From: Gracilinanus agilis
Taxonomy: Eukaryota
Assembly (NCBI RefSeq): GCF_016433145.1
Contig: NC_058131.1
Location: forward strand, 571,734,130-571,798,129
Reading direction: 5' to 3'
Length of the DNA stretch: 64,000 bases
Shown: positions 10,150-21,839 of the stretch, piece by piece
Numbering within the stretch: position 1 is the stretch's first letter
Layout: every line of letters begins with the position of its first letter
Made by a program: the position numbers and the translations under genes
Notes under the pieces: model-generated
What the model saw: only the letters and a program-made list of their open reading frames with translations
What the model was told of the DNA's origin: nothing
The model's database searches: none

Positions 10150-10353
10150 TTCTCGCCTTCCCCTGAAATAGTTTCCGGTGGTACGCTAGGAATTCCCCTA
10201 GGGGGCGTGTCAAAAACCGGAAGTGGTCCCCCGCCCCTTTCTAACATGTCCGTTTGCCCGGCCTCTTCCGTATGGGTTTCGCTGTCGTCAGACGGCGTCC
10301 CCACAGGCGCGGCCTGACAGAGAGAAGTTCGACGAGGGCGACGCGCAGGAAAG
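10150..10353 (+). promoter_or_regulatory. SNAPC5: SNAPC5 CpG-island promoter/5'UTR
   Basis: ETS/GABP site CCGGAAGTG 10217-10225, GC box CCGCCCC 10231-10237, high CpG density. Confidence 0.7.
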
Positions 10354-10443
10354 ATGTTGAGCCGACTGCAGGAGCTCCGCAAGGAGGAGGAAACGCTGCT
10401 GCGGGTGAAGGCGGCTCTGCACGACCAGCTCAATCGACTCAAG
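10354..10443 (+). CDS. SNAPC5: SNAPC5 (SNAP19) exon 1
   Basis: ATG...CTCAAG|gtgact, MLSRLQELRKEEETLLRVKAALHDQLNRLK. Confidence 0.96.
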
Positions 10444-12321
10444 GTGACTCCACCATTCGCGGCTCTGTGGTCCCCGGGGGTCTGGGGCGGAGCCGGCCGG
10501 GGTGGGGCACTTCCACAGCCCGCCCCCTAGAGGGAGGGGACGGAAACTGAGTCGAGGCGTGGCCGTGGTCTCGGTCCGCGAAGGCGAGCAGCTACTCCCC
10601 TCCCGAGCTCCAGACTTATATGGTCCTTGTTTCTCAATAGATCTTAACTTATCACCCTAAAAAGATGGTCTTGAAGGACCTTTTAGCCCTAAACATTCTG
10701 ATGCCCGGAGATACGTGGGACAGATCCGTTCATTTCTCTTCACCAGGCATTTAAGCCCATCCTAAATGCCAGGCGCTGTGCCGAGAGCTGAGGATGCCTC
10801 CCAAAATGGTACCTGTCCTCAAGTCCTGGGGCGGGCGGAGGTGGGGTTTGTTTGGGAAGCGACAAGATGTACATATTTGAGGACATGGAAGGATCCTGGA
10901 AAGCCCGAGGAGGAAGTCTTTTTATCTCTTTCAACTTCATTTTCCCTTCCACCTTAAGACGAGGTAATTTGGCCAGACACGTCTCTAAACTAAGTGATCC
11001 CCAGAGTAAACCACTGTCCTTGCTATCAAGAAACTTAAGGGCAGAGCCAAGATGGCAGAGAAGGTTCAGGGACCCATCAGATTTCTACCAAAAAGCAAGG
11101 ATATAAAATGCCTCAGAGCAAATTCTGGAGCTGCATAACCCACAAAAACACAAGAAGAAACTTTGTAATCTAGGTGAGGATATAAGGAGCTCTAATGCTA
11201 GCCATGCCATCATTCCCTCAGGTAGTTAAAAAAGAAAATAGGAAAAAAAATTCTCCCTCAAAAGAGGGAGAAATTCCTCACTGAAGGCTTCCTAGAAGAG
11301 GAGACATTTGAATCAGTTATTGAAGAATGAGTATAGGATTTCAGCAGGTGGTAAGGCACCAAATAGCAACCATATGGCTGTATTGTAAGATGTTTAAAAA
11401 TTACTAATGTGAGATGTCCACCTCAATAAATTGGGAGTTGATCTTACCATTACAATTAGAAAAGACCTCTGGGCTCATGGAAGGCCTGAGATGAAGAATG
11501 CTTCTCCTCACCTAGAATATTCTCTTTCATCCACTTTAACAACCTTTAAGTAACTTCCTGACTAAGCCCCAGAGATCCATATTTGAAATTTTTTAGGGGT
11601 GGGAAATAGGGGGATGATTATTATCTTTTCCCTTACTTATGTCTTATCTCTCCTTTCCTTACTAGATTGCAAGTTTCACCAGGGCTTGTGTCTCATGTTA
11701 TACTCTACGGTGCCTAGCATAGTAGGTGTTCAGTTTTTTTAAATAATAATTAATTAAAGGGATCCTGGATAGTAGAAAGATTAAGAGGATCCAGGTTCAA
11801 AGTCTGACTTTGGTCCTTAATAATTCAAGTCACCTAATTGCTTGGGGACCTGTTTCCTCATATATAAAATGAGGGAGTTGTATTAGAGTTTGTCAGAGGT
11901 TCCTTCCAGTTCTAAGTCCTCTCCTATGACAGCAGGGTCCCATGCTCCTTCCATTGCCACTCAATACAACTAGCCTCCTTGATCCAGGGCTGCTCAGGAA
12001 AATCTTTAACCAGGTAGAAGGAAGAGACCAAATCTCTGTTCCCCTTGGGTCTGTAGTTTGGGGAAAGGGAGCCCAGGGTAGGGAGGATTTGCCTTAAAGT
12101 GAGCTCATTTGCAAGAAGGGCACTTATTTCTTCCATATACAGAACAGTTTGAATAATCCAGGTGGAGGGCTTCCCTTGGCCTCTTCCCTGCAAGAACAGG
12201 GAGCAGAGATCTATCAAACAATTGCATTGCATTTCTCCTTCCTTAGTATATTTTTGCTATTTCCTCTTCATTGGCAGTAGTGAAATGGAAGGCAAAGTGA
12301 TCCAGTTGTTTCATGTTTTAG

Positions 12322-12411
12322 GTTGAAGAGCTGGCCCTTCAATCAATTATTAGCTCCAGAGAAGGGAATGGAATGACCCATTCTTCACCTTTAACAGAGG
12401 AACCAGAAAAT
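12322..12411 (+). CDS. SNAPC5: SNAPC5 exon 2
   Basis: tttag|GTTGAAGAG...GAAAAT|gtaagt, 90 nt, VEELALQSIISSREGNGMTHSSPLTEEPEN. Confidence 0.93.
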
Positions 12412-13043
12412 GTAAGTATAAACAAATGTGGAAATGTGGAAAAATTGCAGTTCAGAGTTAATGGCATAATTTTCTGCCTTTTGGTAATATTGTTTTAGAC
12501 TTGAGAGAACTTATACGTTTTGATGAATTTCATTAATTGCTTAGATGAGTAAATCAGTGAGTATGTATGCACAAACTCTACCATTTGGCTTCTTTTATTT
12601 GTGACCATTTACTTCCCTCTGTTTATCTATCATCTCAGTTATTCTAATAATTCCAGGCATGTTGAGGAAGAATGTAATTTGTCATGTCAAACCTGTTTGG
12701 AAATGTTACATACTTATTGTAATAAATGTGCTTAAAAGAGCTATCAGAACCAGTAACTTAAGGGAGTTAATGCTATAGGTACTTTATTTACCAGTCTGTC
12801 CTTTGGATAGCAATCCAGTTTAGTTTTAGAATAGAACAAAAATGGTTTCTTTTCTTTAATCTGGCCCTTTCTTATCAAATAAACTGAGACAGTCATTCAA
12901 ACCGGCATGTGTTAAGCACATGCTATATATATATACCTAGCCTTGGGACACTGCTGAAATCATCTGGTTCTTCTGTAATAAAAGATATGAATTAATTATT
13001 TTCCCCAAGGGAATGCTATCTGGAATTAATAAACTTCAAATCA

Positions 13044-13255
13044 GGGCAGTAGCTAAGTGGCTCAGTGGATAAAGAGCAAGGCCTATAAATGAGAGGTCTT
13101 GGGTTCAAATTTGGATTCAGATATTTCCTAGCTATGTGACCCTGGGCAAGTCACTTAATCCAGTTGTTTAGCCTTTACTGCACTTTGGCCTTAAAACTGA
13201 TACTTAATATCAATTCTAAGACAGAAGGTAAGGGTTTTAAAAAATAAAAATAAAA
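13044..13255 (+). mobile_element. SINE1_Mdo-type SINE, SNAPC5 intron 2
   Basis: Family head, core and ...gacagaaggtaagggttttaaaaa tail. Confidence 0.85.
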
Positions 13256-13535
13256 TTTCAAACCATTCAGAAATAAGGCTCCGTGAGTCTTAATTGGCCC
13301 CATATCATAGCATGCTGAAAGACTCATGTTTGTAAAAAAGTTAACGAAAACATTTAATCTTAAAGTATTTGAGGAAGCCTAGGGATATAACTCTACTACT
13401 CTTGAGTCTAATTCTTCAATGCCTTAAAGATAAGATGAGAAAAAAAAGATTTAGTTTTAAATTATTATTATTAACACCTGGCTTCAAGTGTTTTTTAAAA
13501 AATATATTAATATATAATCTCTTTGGCTACATCAG

Positions 13536-13655
13536 ATCTTGGTGCAGGTAGACAATGAATCTTCCATCAATCAAACTGAATTACAGCTAAGCACAAGAAA
13601 CCATGCTCAAGAAGAGGAAGAGGAGGAGGAAGAAGAGGAAGAATCAGATTCCTAA
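13536..13655 (+). CDS. SNAPC5: SNAPC5 exon 3 (acidic tail, stop)
   Basis: cag|ATCTTG...GATTCCTAA, ILVQVDNESSINQTELQLSTRNHAQ(E)11SDS*. Total protein 99 aa. Confidence 0.93.
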   Translation: MLVQVDNESSINQTELQLSTRNHAQEEEEEEEEEEESDS

Positions 13656-13921
13656 AGGAGAAAGGGAAAAATCAGGATTAGTTAAGTAAACATTAAGATT
13701 CAGGAACCTCCTCTGTTCAATCTCAGTACAATCGTTACAGCCTATTCATGAAGAACTCTCAGAAAATGCACTATTAAAAAGACCCCTTAGCTCACAGAAG
13801 CTTTAGAATGTTGAGTTCAAACAACTGATGAAAGGTAGGATATTCAAGAATCTATATTTACCAGGGAAAAAGAGGTCAAGTTCATACAAGTTAATCAAAT
13901 TAGATACATATACATACTAGA

Positions 13922-14456
13922 AATAAAACTCCATGTGAATTCTGTTGAAATGTTCGCCTATGTACAACCAAGATAGTTTAAATATAAGGCAGCCTTTCAC
14001 ATTTTCTAATGCCTATTGACAATTAAAGACTTGCCATTCAACTCCCATATATGCACAAAGCAAAGGCTGTATTCTAGGTTCCAGAGTCTAGTAAAGGTCA
14101 AAAAGAGATGGGATTTATTGGGATTCAGCTTCTCATATAAAAAGTGGAAACTCTGTTTAAATGCTACTTTGAGGAATATCATGACATAAGAGCACACAAT
14201 ATGCTTCTTGGTATGGTTGTGACTATATCTTACTCTATCACATTGTGGTAAAATGTGTTCAGAATAAATCTTAGGTAGAAAATGCTGTCTAACGAACACC
14301 AAAGGAGAAAAGCCAGACTGAGTTCTTGTGAAAGTAGAGTACATATTATAATGATAGAATTGAATCATTTAAAACTCATTTTTGTATTTAAGGAAATGTG
14401 CCATATTTTTAAAAATGTTTTAGGAAATACTTGAGTAGATTTGTTTTTACAATAAA
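13922..14456 (+). terminator. SNAPC5: Candidate SNAPC5 poly(A) signals (AATAAA 13922-13927 and 14451-14456)
   Basis: Hexamer matches downstream of the stop. Which one is used cannot be told from sequence. Confidence 0.45.
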
Positions 14457-14752
14457 GAGAAAATGGCTAAAGAAATAGAACATGTTAAAACTTCTCATTT
14501 GTGGTCAAGATTCATTTCTTTGCTCTTTCCCTTCTCATACAAGATGTAGTTAATTTAGTAATTCAGATCTGCACAGCACATGTAGCAAAATCTAGCTCCC
14601 TCAAACACAGAAAATACAACAGGTATTCTCGTGCAGTTTTAAGACTCTTCCAAAAAACGACCATGTATACAATTGAAAAATCATCTTTATTCCACTAAAA
14701 ATACTCTCATAGGAAAATGGACCAAACATATTTCTTTGAAAACACTTAATGC

Positions 14753-15022
14753 TCACTTCATAAATGATTTTCTATTCACTTTAGTTAATATGGCATCATC
14801 AGTAATTTCCAGGACAGAAAAGTTTGAGTAAATTCTGAATGTCGGTATATGGGAATCCAAACTAGAGGAAGACTGCAACATAGAGAAGTACTTGGTATAA
14901 TTGTTCTTAGTTGCACTAAGTGTGACTAAAGAAAACAAAATACTTTCATCAGGTCTGAAACTCAGAAACCTGACCAGTGCTTCGGTGCTATCTGAAACAC
15001 AAGTACGGTGATAGCTGCCAGT
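14753..15022 (-). CDS. Candidate cryptic/alternative terminal exon (89 codons + stop), possibly of MAP2K1
   Basis: Acceptor ccttgtctaccttcactgctgctgtag, open phase-0 frame to TGA at 14753, AATAAA (-) at 14686-14691. No homology recognised. Confidence 0.3.
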   Translation of the reverse strand, partial: TGSYHRTCVSDSTEALVRFLSFRPDESILFSLVTLSATKNNYTKYFSMLQSSSSLDSHIPTFRIYSNFSVLEITDDAILTKVNRKSFMK

Positions 15023-15989
15023 CTACAGCAGCAGTGAAGGTAGACAAGGATTTATGATATGAATTGTTCCAGTTATGAAACCTAAAAACTGACCAGAATA
15101 CTCAATCTGATCAAGGGGATATTACCATAGTACTGTTAGAGATAATTATTTTACCTTTTCTAAAATAAAGCAAGAAATTTAAGCCAGGGATGTTTGTCCT
15201 TTTTTTAACCAGATCACAAAAAATCTCATTCATGTTCTCATTCTGGCATCTAGTGAGTGGGTCAAGGATCAGCATACCAGAAGTTATTTCCCAGGATGTT
15301 TTTTTTTTTCATCTGATAAAACAAAAGTCCCCTTTGCCATATGTTTTTATTGGCTATGCAGTCTTGCTCTTCCAAAGGACAAACTAAGGGAGGAACTTAA
15401 GGCAATATCTTTTAAGTTTACACGCAGTAAAAGCCCAAACTTAACCATTCAAAGAATCATTAAACTTTAAAAGGGAACAAATAGGAAAGAACTTATTTGT
15501 CTTTTGGTGACTTAGAGTACTGATTAATATAAAATTCAGCTTGCTCACCTGGGAATAGCATTAGCACAAAACACAAGCTACAATCTTTTAATGCCACAAG
15601 CACTCTGTTTTGGAAACCAATCCCAACAGTCATTTTATATGACTGTTCCCAAAGTGCTATAGAGAAATCAGTCCTCTATAGATGCCAGTAAATGAGGAAA
15701 GTTTTTGTTAATTCAAAAATATCTGTCTCCTTCCTTAAATTGGTAATCCCCAATAAAAGTGCAATGGGAGTAAGGAGCAGATACAAAAGGCTTAAACTTA
15801 AAACATCTATCTGATTATTCTGGAACAACTTCAATTTAATGAGAAAATAAAAGGGATAAAACTGAACCACCACACCACCAAACATTGAAAAAAAATTGAA
15901 GGCTATGAAAAGTTAGATTCCCAAGACCCTTTGGATTTGTCTTGACTTTTTTTTTTTCCCCAGACCATTACTCTTATCTTTTGAAAAGA

Positions 15990-16730
15990 AATGGGTGGGC
16001 ATCAGATTGGCTAAGATGACAAAAAAGGAAAATAACATGCTGGAGGGAACACTGGAGTTGTGACCTAGTCCAACCATTTGGACAATAATTTTGAACTATG
16101 GCCAAATGCCATTAAATTATTCATACCCTTTGACCCAGTGATTCAATTAGGTCTAAAGAGCTCAGTGAAAGAGGAAAAGGGCCCATATGTACAAAAATAT
16201 AGTAGCTCTTTTTGTTGGGACAGAAACTAAGAGAATGGTAATCGGGGAACATAATTATAAAATTAATTATTGAAATTTAATTATTAATTTAATGGTTTAA
16301 AGATTTAATTAAAATTAATTAATTGTAAAAGCAATTGGGGAATGGCTGAACAAATTATATATGCTTGTGATGGAATACTGTACTGTAAGAAATGATGAAG
16401 GGGAATGGTTTCAGGAAAACCTGGAAGACTTGTGAACTCAACCAGAAAAAACATATATAATTAGGACCGTATTACAGAGATAATCATCAACTCTAATCAA
16501 TACAACTGACCCACCACAATTTCAAAGGACTCATGATGAGTCCATCTGCCTCCAAAAAGATGGTGGATTCAAAAGTGCACAAGAATCTTTCTTTTTACTT
16601 TTGGTACATAGCTAATGTGAAAAATTGACTATACACATCGTAATGGATTTTGTTTTTTCTTTTCAATAGGTTGGGAGGGGAGGAAAGAATTTGGAATTGA
16701 AAACAAAATTGAATTGAATGAAAAGCAAGA
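15990..16730 (+). mobile_element. Old L1 3' end fragment
   Basis: Matches the L1 ORF2 C-terminal region (cataccctttgacccag...ggggaatggctgaacaaatt...gatggaatac) and 3'UTR. Confidence 0.7.
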
Positions 16731-17073
16731 GGGTGGGAAGAACAAATATGATCCCTTTATTTCAAGAAGAAAGTTCTTGGAAGATGCTTATTTATAGACA
16801 AGGGTGCATGGTGAGAGAGATTTTGAACATTGTTGCACTCATATTTGATGTGGCTTCTAGAAGTATAAAATGACAGGAAGGCATCCAAAAGCATCAAGCT
16901 GCAAGCTGTTTCTCGTTTCTATTTTCACCTACCTTCTCACATAAAAAGGCTCATCATAAGGTTTCAGAAACCAAAATGACCATTTTCCTGTAGAACAATA
17001 AAAATACCACCTGGGATAATTAATGCAGAAATGACACTACTTTTCAACTCTTTCTTTTAAACTTGATGATATA

Positions 17074-17079
17074 TTTATT
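17074..17079 (-). terminator. MAP2K1: MAP2K1 poly(A) signal
   Basis: AATAAA on the minus strand about 950 nt after the stop. A second hexamer is at 16756-16761. Confidence 0.75.
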
Positions 17080-17418
17080 AGAATAAGAGATTAGATTTGT
17101 TAAACGTTTGAAAATAAAATGGTTAAAAGGATCTCCATACAATTTTTTAGGCACTATACACACAGTTGTCTTACAATATATTCTGTAATTGGATTAGGAG
17201 GAAGTTAAATCTGATGAACTTTAATGACTTGATCCGTTGGTGACATCCAACCCTCCCACACACACACTATTTTAGAAATATCAGTCAAAAGTTAAGAGAC
17301 GTATACCACCAAACAACTCTGAATATCCCATAAAGAATATTTAAAAAATAAATATAGAAATATAGCCACAAGTCTCTAAGTCCTCACAGTAAGTAGACTG
17401 ATGAAGCCCTGGCTATTA

Positions 17419-17426
17419 TGGCAGTG
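17419..17426 (-). promoter_or_regulatory. miR-34/449 8mer seed site in MAP2K1 3'UTR
   Basis: CACTGCCA on the mRNA strand. Confidence 0.5.
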
Positions 17427-17524
17427 CGGGGCTCTGACTTGATTTAAGTGAAAACAGCTGGATTCTACACAGAAAGCAAAAAAATTACAACACCGTGACA
17501 TCCACTTTCTAATGCTTGTTTTCA

Positions 17525-17532
17525 TAGCAGCA
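17525..17532 (-). promoter_or_regulatory. miR-15/16/497 8mer seed site in MAP2K1 3'UTR
   Basis: TGCTGCTA on the mRNA strand. A second 7mer TGCTGCT is at 17719-17725. Confidence 0.55.
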
Positions 17533-18028
17533 AAAGCATGCTTCCCATGCACTGCTTGTGAAGGACATTGCAAGGCTCCTCCCACTTTTAGGAAAAGAGG
17601 TAAAGCCCGGCAAGAATGAAGTACCACCAAGTGTCAAAAGATTCCCCCTACCCAACTCCCCTCCCCCCCGGCAAAAAAAAAAAAAAATCACAAGGTCAGC
17701 CAGCCAAGGCTGAGAGAAAGCAGCAGTGCAAAAGACTATCCACTGTAGACAAAAAGTTTCACTAACTCAATATCGCACACTTTGGGGGGTTATTAGCACA
17801 AATAAGAAGCCCCCAACGCAAAGCCAATCCACTCAAGAGAGTAATCATAATTAACAAAACAAAACAAAATAGGAACAGAATTTGGCACATGCTATGTTCT
17901 TCATTCTTCTTCACAGGATAAAATGCACATCTGAACAGAGACAAGCATGAGAAATAGGATCTAAGGTAGTATCATTTTGCACAATGGGGTGAGGGAGCTG
18001 CCTTTCTCCAGCTTCCCAAATAAACACT

Positions 18029-18142
<114 letters not shown>

Positions 18143-18169
18143 CTATATGTGAGAAAATTCAGAGAGGAA

Positions 18170-18910
18170 ACAACATCAGAACAACATTAAAAAATAAGGT
18201 TTGATATGTGTAAAAATACATACAGTAAAGACATGGAAGTTCAGAGGATGTCTATGAATTGAGGAATGGCTGAAAAAACTATGAATGTAACAAAATATTT
18301 CTGTACCATAATAAATGATGAAAGAGATGGTTTCTGAGAGATCTGAGAAGATTTGTAGGAACTGATGCAGTGAGGGAGTTCCGCAGCCATGACAATTTAT
18401 ACAATTAACAAGCATTGAAAATACAAACAATTTGGAAAGACTTAGCAACTTTGATCAGTGTAACAACCCACCATGATTCCAAAAGATTATTAATAAAGAA
18501 CGATACCCATTCCCTGACAGAGAGGTGATGGATTCAAGTTGCATTATAAGACATTCATTTGGGGGCAAGGAAATGTGAGAATTTGTTTTAACCACAAATA
18601 TTTGTTACAAAGACTTTTTTCCCTTTCTTTTATTTAAAGAGGGGAGAAGGTGGGATGGAAAAGAGATACAGAGATGTATCTCCCAAATGAGAACATTGCA
18701 TTTAAGCAGGACAGATCTGAAAGATACATGTTGAACTGATTACATACTTTAAGAGAAAAGCAAACTCTATGTACTAGAGATTAACAGTTTCATGTATTGC
18801 CTTCCCTTGTTCAAAAATGTACATAGAACTGTGTTCCTTTTACTTGGTGATTGTTAAATTCAGAATAAAAATATTTTTTAATCTAGAAAAATAAAATTCA
18901 AAAGGAATAT
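18170..18910 (+). mobile_element. Old L1 3' end fragment, MAP2K1 intron 10
   Basis: gaggaatggctgaaaaaactatgaatgtaa...atttgtaggaactgatgcagtga is L1 3'-like. Confidence 0.6.
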
Positions 18911-19271
18911 ACTGGTAAAGATAATAAATTGGGCTTGTTCAAGCTTAATGAAATCTCCCACTCACTCCTACTGGTAAGGTAATGGCTCAGGGAAGTGAAG
19001 AGAGATGACTATAGCTATGAGTGAACTGGCCTTAAAAAAAGATGAAGTTTACACATGTACTATAAAACTGCCCACCATCACTAGAAAGTACATGAGATTA
19101 CCTCTCAGGTTTCATATTAACCTTTGGCAACGACCTTAAAAGATAGTTTAATTTAAATTCCACCCAATTCCAAATATTGGGCAAGAGGCACACAATGCAA
19201 TTTGCCTTGGTACTACATTTCCTTATCGGTAATAACAGTATTAGTGAGAAATCTAGTAAGATTTTACTTAC

Positions 19272-19317
19272 CATAAGTTGCTTCAAATCAGCTCTCTCAG
19301 CTGGATTTTTTATTAGG
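19272..19317 (-). CDS. MAP2K1: MAP2K1 exon 10
   Basis: ag|CCTAATAAAA...CTTATG|gtaagt, 46 nt, LIKNPAERADLKQLM. Confidence 0.97.
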
Positions 19318-19593
19318 CTTAAAAGAAAAGCAAATGAAAATTATTGCTATCTCTATGAAATTAACCCACAAAGAATAAATTATTAAGCTCACTGCAATGT
19401 CACTGGAACCCATGACACATAAAAGTCTTGGATCAGGAACACACAGAAGAATAATCAAATATGTTAAGGGGGAAAGGCCATGGTGGCTTACCACCAGAAG
19501 AGTCAAATCTGGAAATCCTATAAGGGAGTATAGTCCAATATAAAAAGCCAAATTCTTTAGGATATACTTCCTAAGAATAAGATGCCAACTTAC

Positions 19594-19655
19594 CATTTAT
19601 TCACAAAATCTTGAAATTCCAGACTGAAGACTCCACTGGGCAGCTTTGGAGGAGG
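19594..19655 (-). CDS. MAP2K1: MAP2K1 exon 9
   Basis: cag|CCTCCTCCA...AAATG|gtaagt, 62 nt, [21 protein letters not shown]. Confidence 0.97.
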
Positions 19656-21839
19656 CTGAAAGACATATGACAAGAAATCTAACTCTCCAGAGTGGTCACT
19701 GATCCCTCCCACAGGTTGGTCCTTACCAAAATATGTTTTCCACCCCCCTGCTTTGGGGCAGGCTTGCCCCTTAGCTATTAATACAAAAGCAGGACAGAGA
19801 GAAATCCAGGCTCTCTAGTTCCTAAGATATATAGTTGCTAAGATTGTCCATTGTGTTGTAATCTGGCACCTCCCCTCCCACTCCATATGTGGTTTAGCAG
19901 TATAATTTATGGTAATTTTGACATATTTTGGTAATCATTGACAGAAAAAGAGCTAAATCCTCTTGATTGGTTCTTACCATATAAGTCAGAAAGTTACCTA
20001 AAAATGTATATTTGCTTGGGAAGGGGGCATAGTTATTTAATATAAACAAAAAAGCAAGCAAACATTAAAACTATGAGGGAAACAATTTAGAAGAATGCTA
20101 CTTAAACACCCTAGAAGAGAGGTCATTACAGGGAAAGAGACTTCCCTGGTCTCCATGGAGATTATCATGTTCAGATAAGATCCTTGCCCACTATTAAAAA
20201 TTATCAAAATGAGGCAAGAATTTTACTGTCTCTTCCCACATGTACAATCAGGACTAAAATCTTATTATCAGACATAGCAAGGTATACCCTACCATATGCC
20301 TTGCCCCTCCTTACCCCACACAGGGAAGGGAGAGAGAGCTTTCATTGGGCTGCTGGATGGAGGGGCAGGTGAAGTAAGACATGCCCTCAATGAGTGTAGA
20401 GGGGGAGGGGAGTGGCCTGAGTGTTCTGTTCCTCTCCAGCTCTGCCACCTATGAACCACCCACCTTATCCCCTGTGAGCTCCCATTGGCTGCTGGGCAGA
20501 GGATGTGAAAAAAAACGTCATCAAGCACAGTGGAGAGGAGCAGCTCCACTGGAATCCTTCTGCCTTTCTAGTAATGAACTTGGGGGTTGAGGGGGAGAGG
20601 GACAACACAACTGCATACATGCCCATAAAGAGTGCTTTTTAGTGTTTGGCCACAGGTTTGCCATTACTGCCCTAGGCCATTTTCCCCCACCAAAAGCCAA
20701 GAAAAAGGAGAATTTTCTTTTTCACATTTCCTAAAATTTCTAGTTACATCCAATTAAGTTCAACTATGTGGCCCCAACCTGCCTTTTAGTCTTTTCTCTT
20801 GCAATTTCTATGGTCAGACTGGTCCATATTGCTCTTTTCTATTCTCTAAAATGCCTTTCCCTCCTTTCTTTTCTACCTAATCCATAACCTGCCCATTCTT
20901 CAAAATCTAGCTTAAGACACACTCCATGAAGTCTTCTACAACTACTCCAACTCAAATGCTTCCTTTCTCCAGTGAACCATTCATTTACCACTTTCCATAC
21001 ATATGAAATTACTGCAATAATCTTACTCTAACACCTCATGGTGGCACACAAGTGGCTTTGGGGTGTCTAAGGTTATGCAAGAGAACCTGCCCTCATAGAG
21101 TCTGCAAGATGAAAAGGATTAGTACAGGTGTGGCAACAAATTAGGTCTCTTCTGTTCAAAGACTGGTTTAAATAAGTCCTCTCACCAGATAATTACTATA
21201 ACCTTATTTGGTCATAGCAACAGACAAGATGGACAAAAATGCAAAATACATATTATGATAATGATTGATAAAGTAGCAGAAAAAAGGAAGCAGAAGTTGC
21301 TAAGAATCACTTAATCCTTAAATACAAAGAGCAAGCTACTGAAAACATCTTTGTCCAATACTCAGCAAAGAGTATGATATACTAGATAGAGTATTAAGGC
21401 TTGGGAGTCAGGAAGACTTCAGTTGGAATCCAGCTTCAGACAGTTAGTAACTGTGTGAATCTGGTGCTCATTTTCCTCATTTGTAAAATAAACTGGACTC
21501 TAGCTAACTTCCCTTCCAGCTCTCATGATGCTAGGATATGTCTATGATGCTTGGATAAGTCCACATGCTACTGTACAAATAGGACTATAATCACCTTAAC
21601 ATTGCTATTATTAAAGAAACCAGAAGACATAAAGAAAATGTACCTAACCTGAGAGGAAAGTTTATAGTTTCTCTTTAGAAAACTAAGACAGCTGATATTC
21701 ATTGTTTGAACCAAGGCAATCAGGAACATAATAATAGGACACCCATCAGTCATTTCATTTTAGGGCTCATAATGAACATAAGAAAACAAAATCATCATCA
21801 TGAAGCTGATTAAAGGTTACAAATGATTATTGACTGATT

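Larger units (their letters stand above)
17050..18028 (-). other. MAP2K1: MAP2K1 3'UTR
   Basis: Non-repetitive sequence following the stop. It ends in ...aatctaatctcttattctAATAAAtat (17074-17079), matching the recalled human MAP2K1 mRNA end. Confidence 0.8.

Noticed and set aside
10131-10550. Overlapping ORFs (103 aa minus, 98 aa plus) at the SNAPC5 promoter
   Set aside because: They reflect the scarcity of stops in a CpG island. The true SNAPC5 frame begins at 10354.
13545-13553. CAG|GTAGAC inside SNAPC5 exon 3 as an alternative splice site
   Set aside because: It could be an in-frame acceptor 12 nt downstream, but there is no supporting evidence, and the upstream acceptor matches the recalled human exon length.
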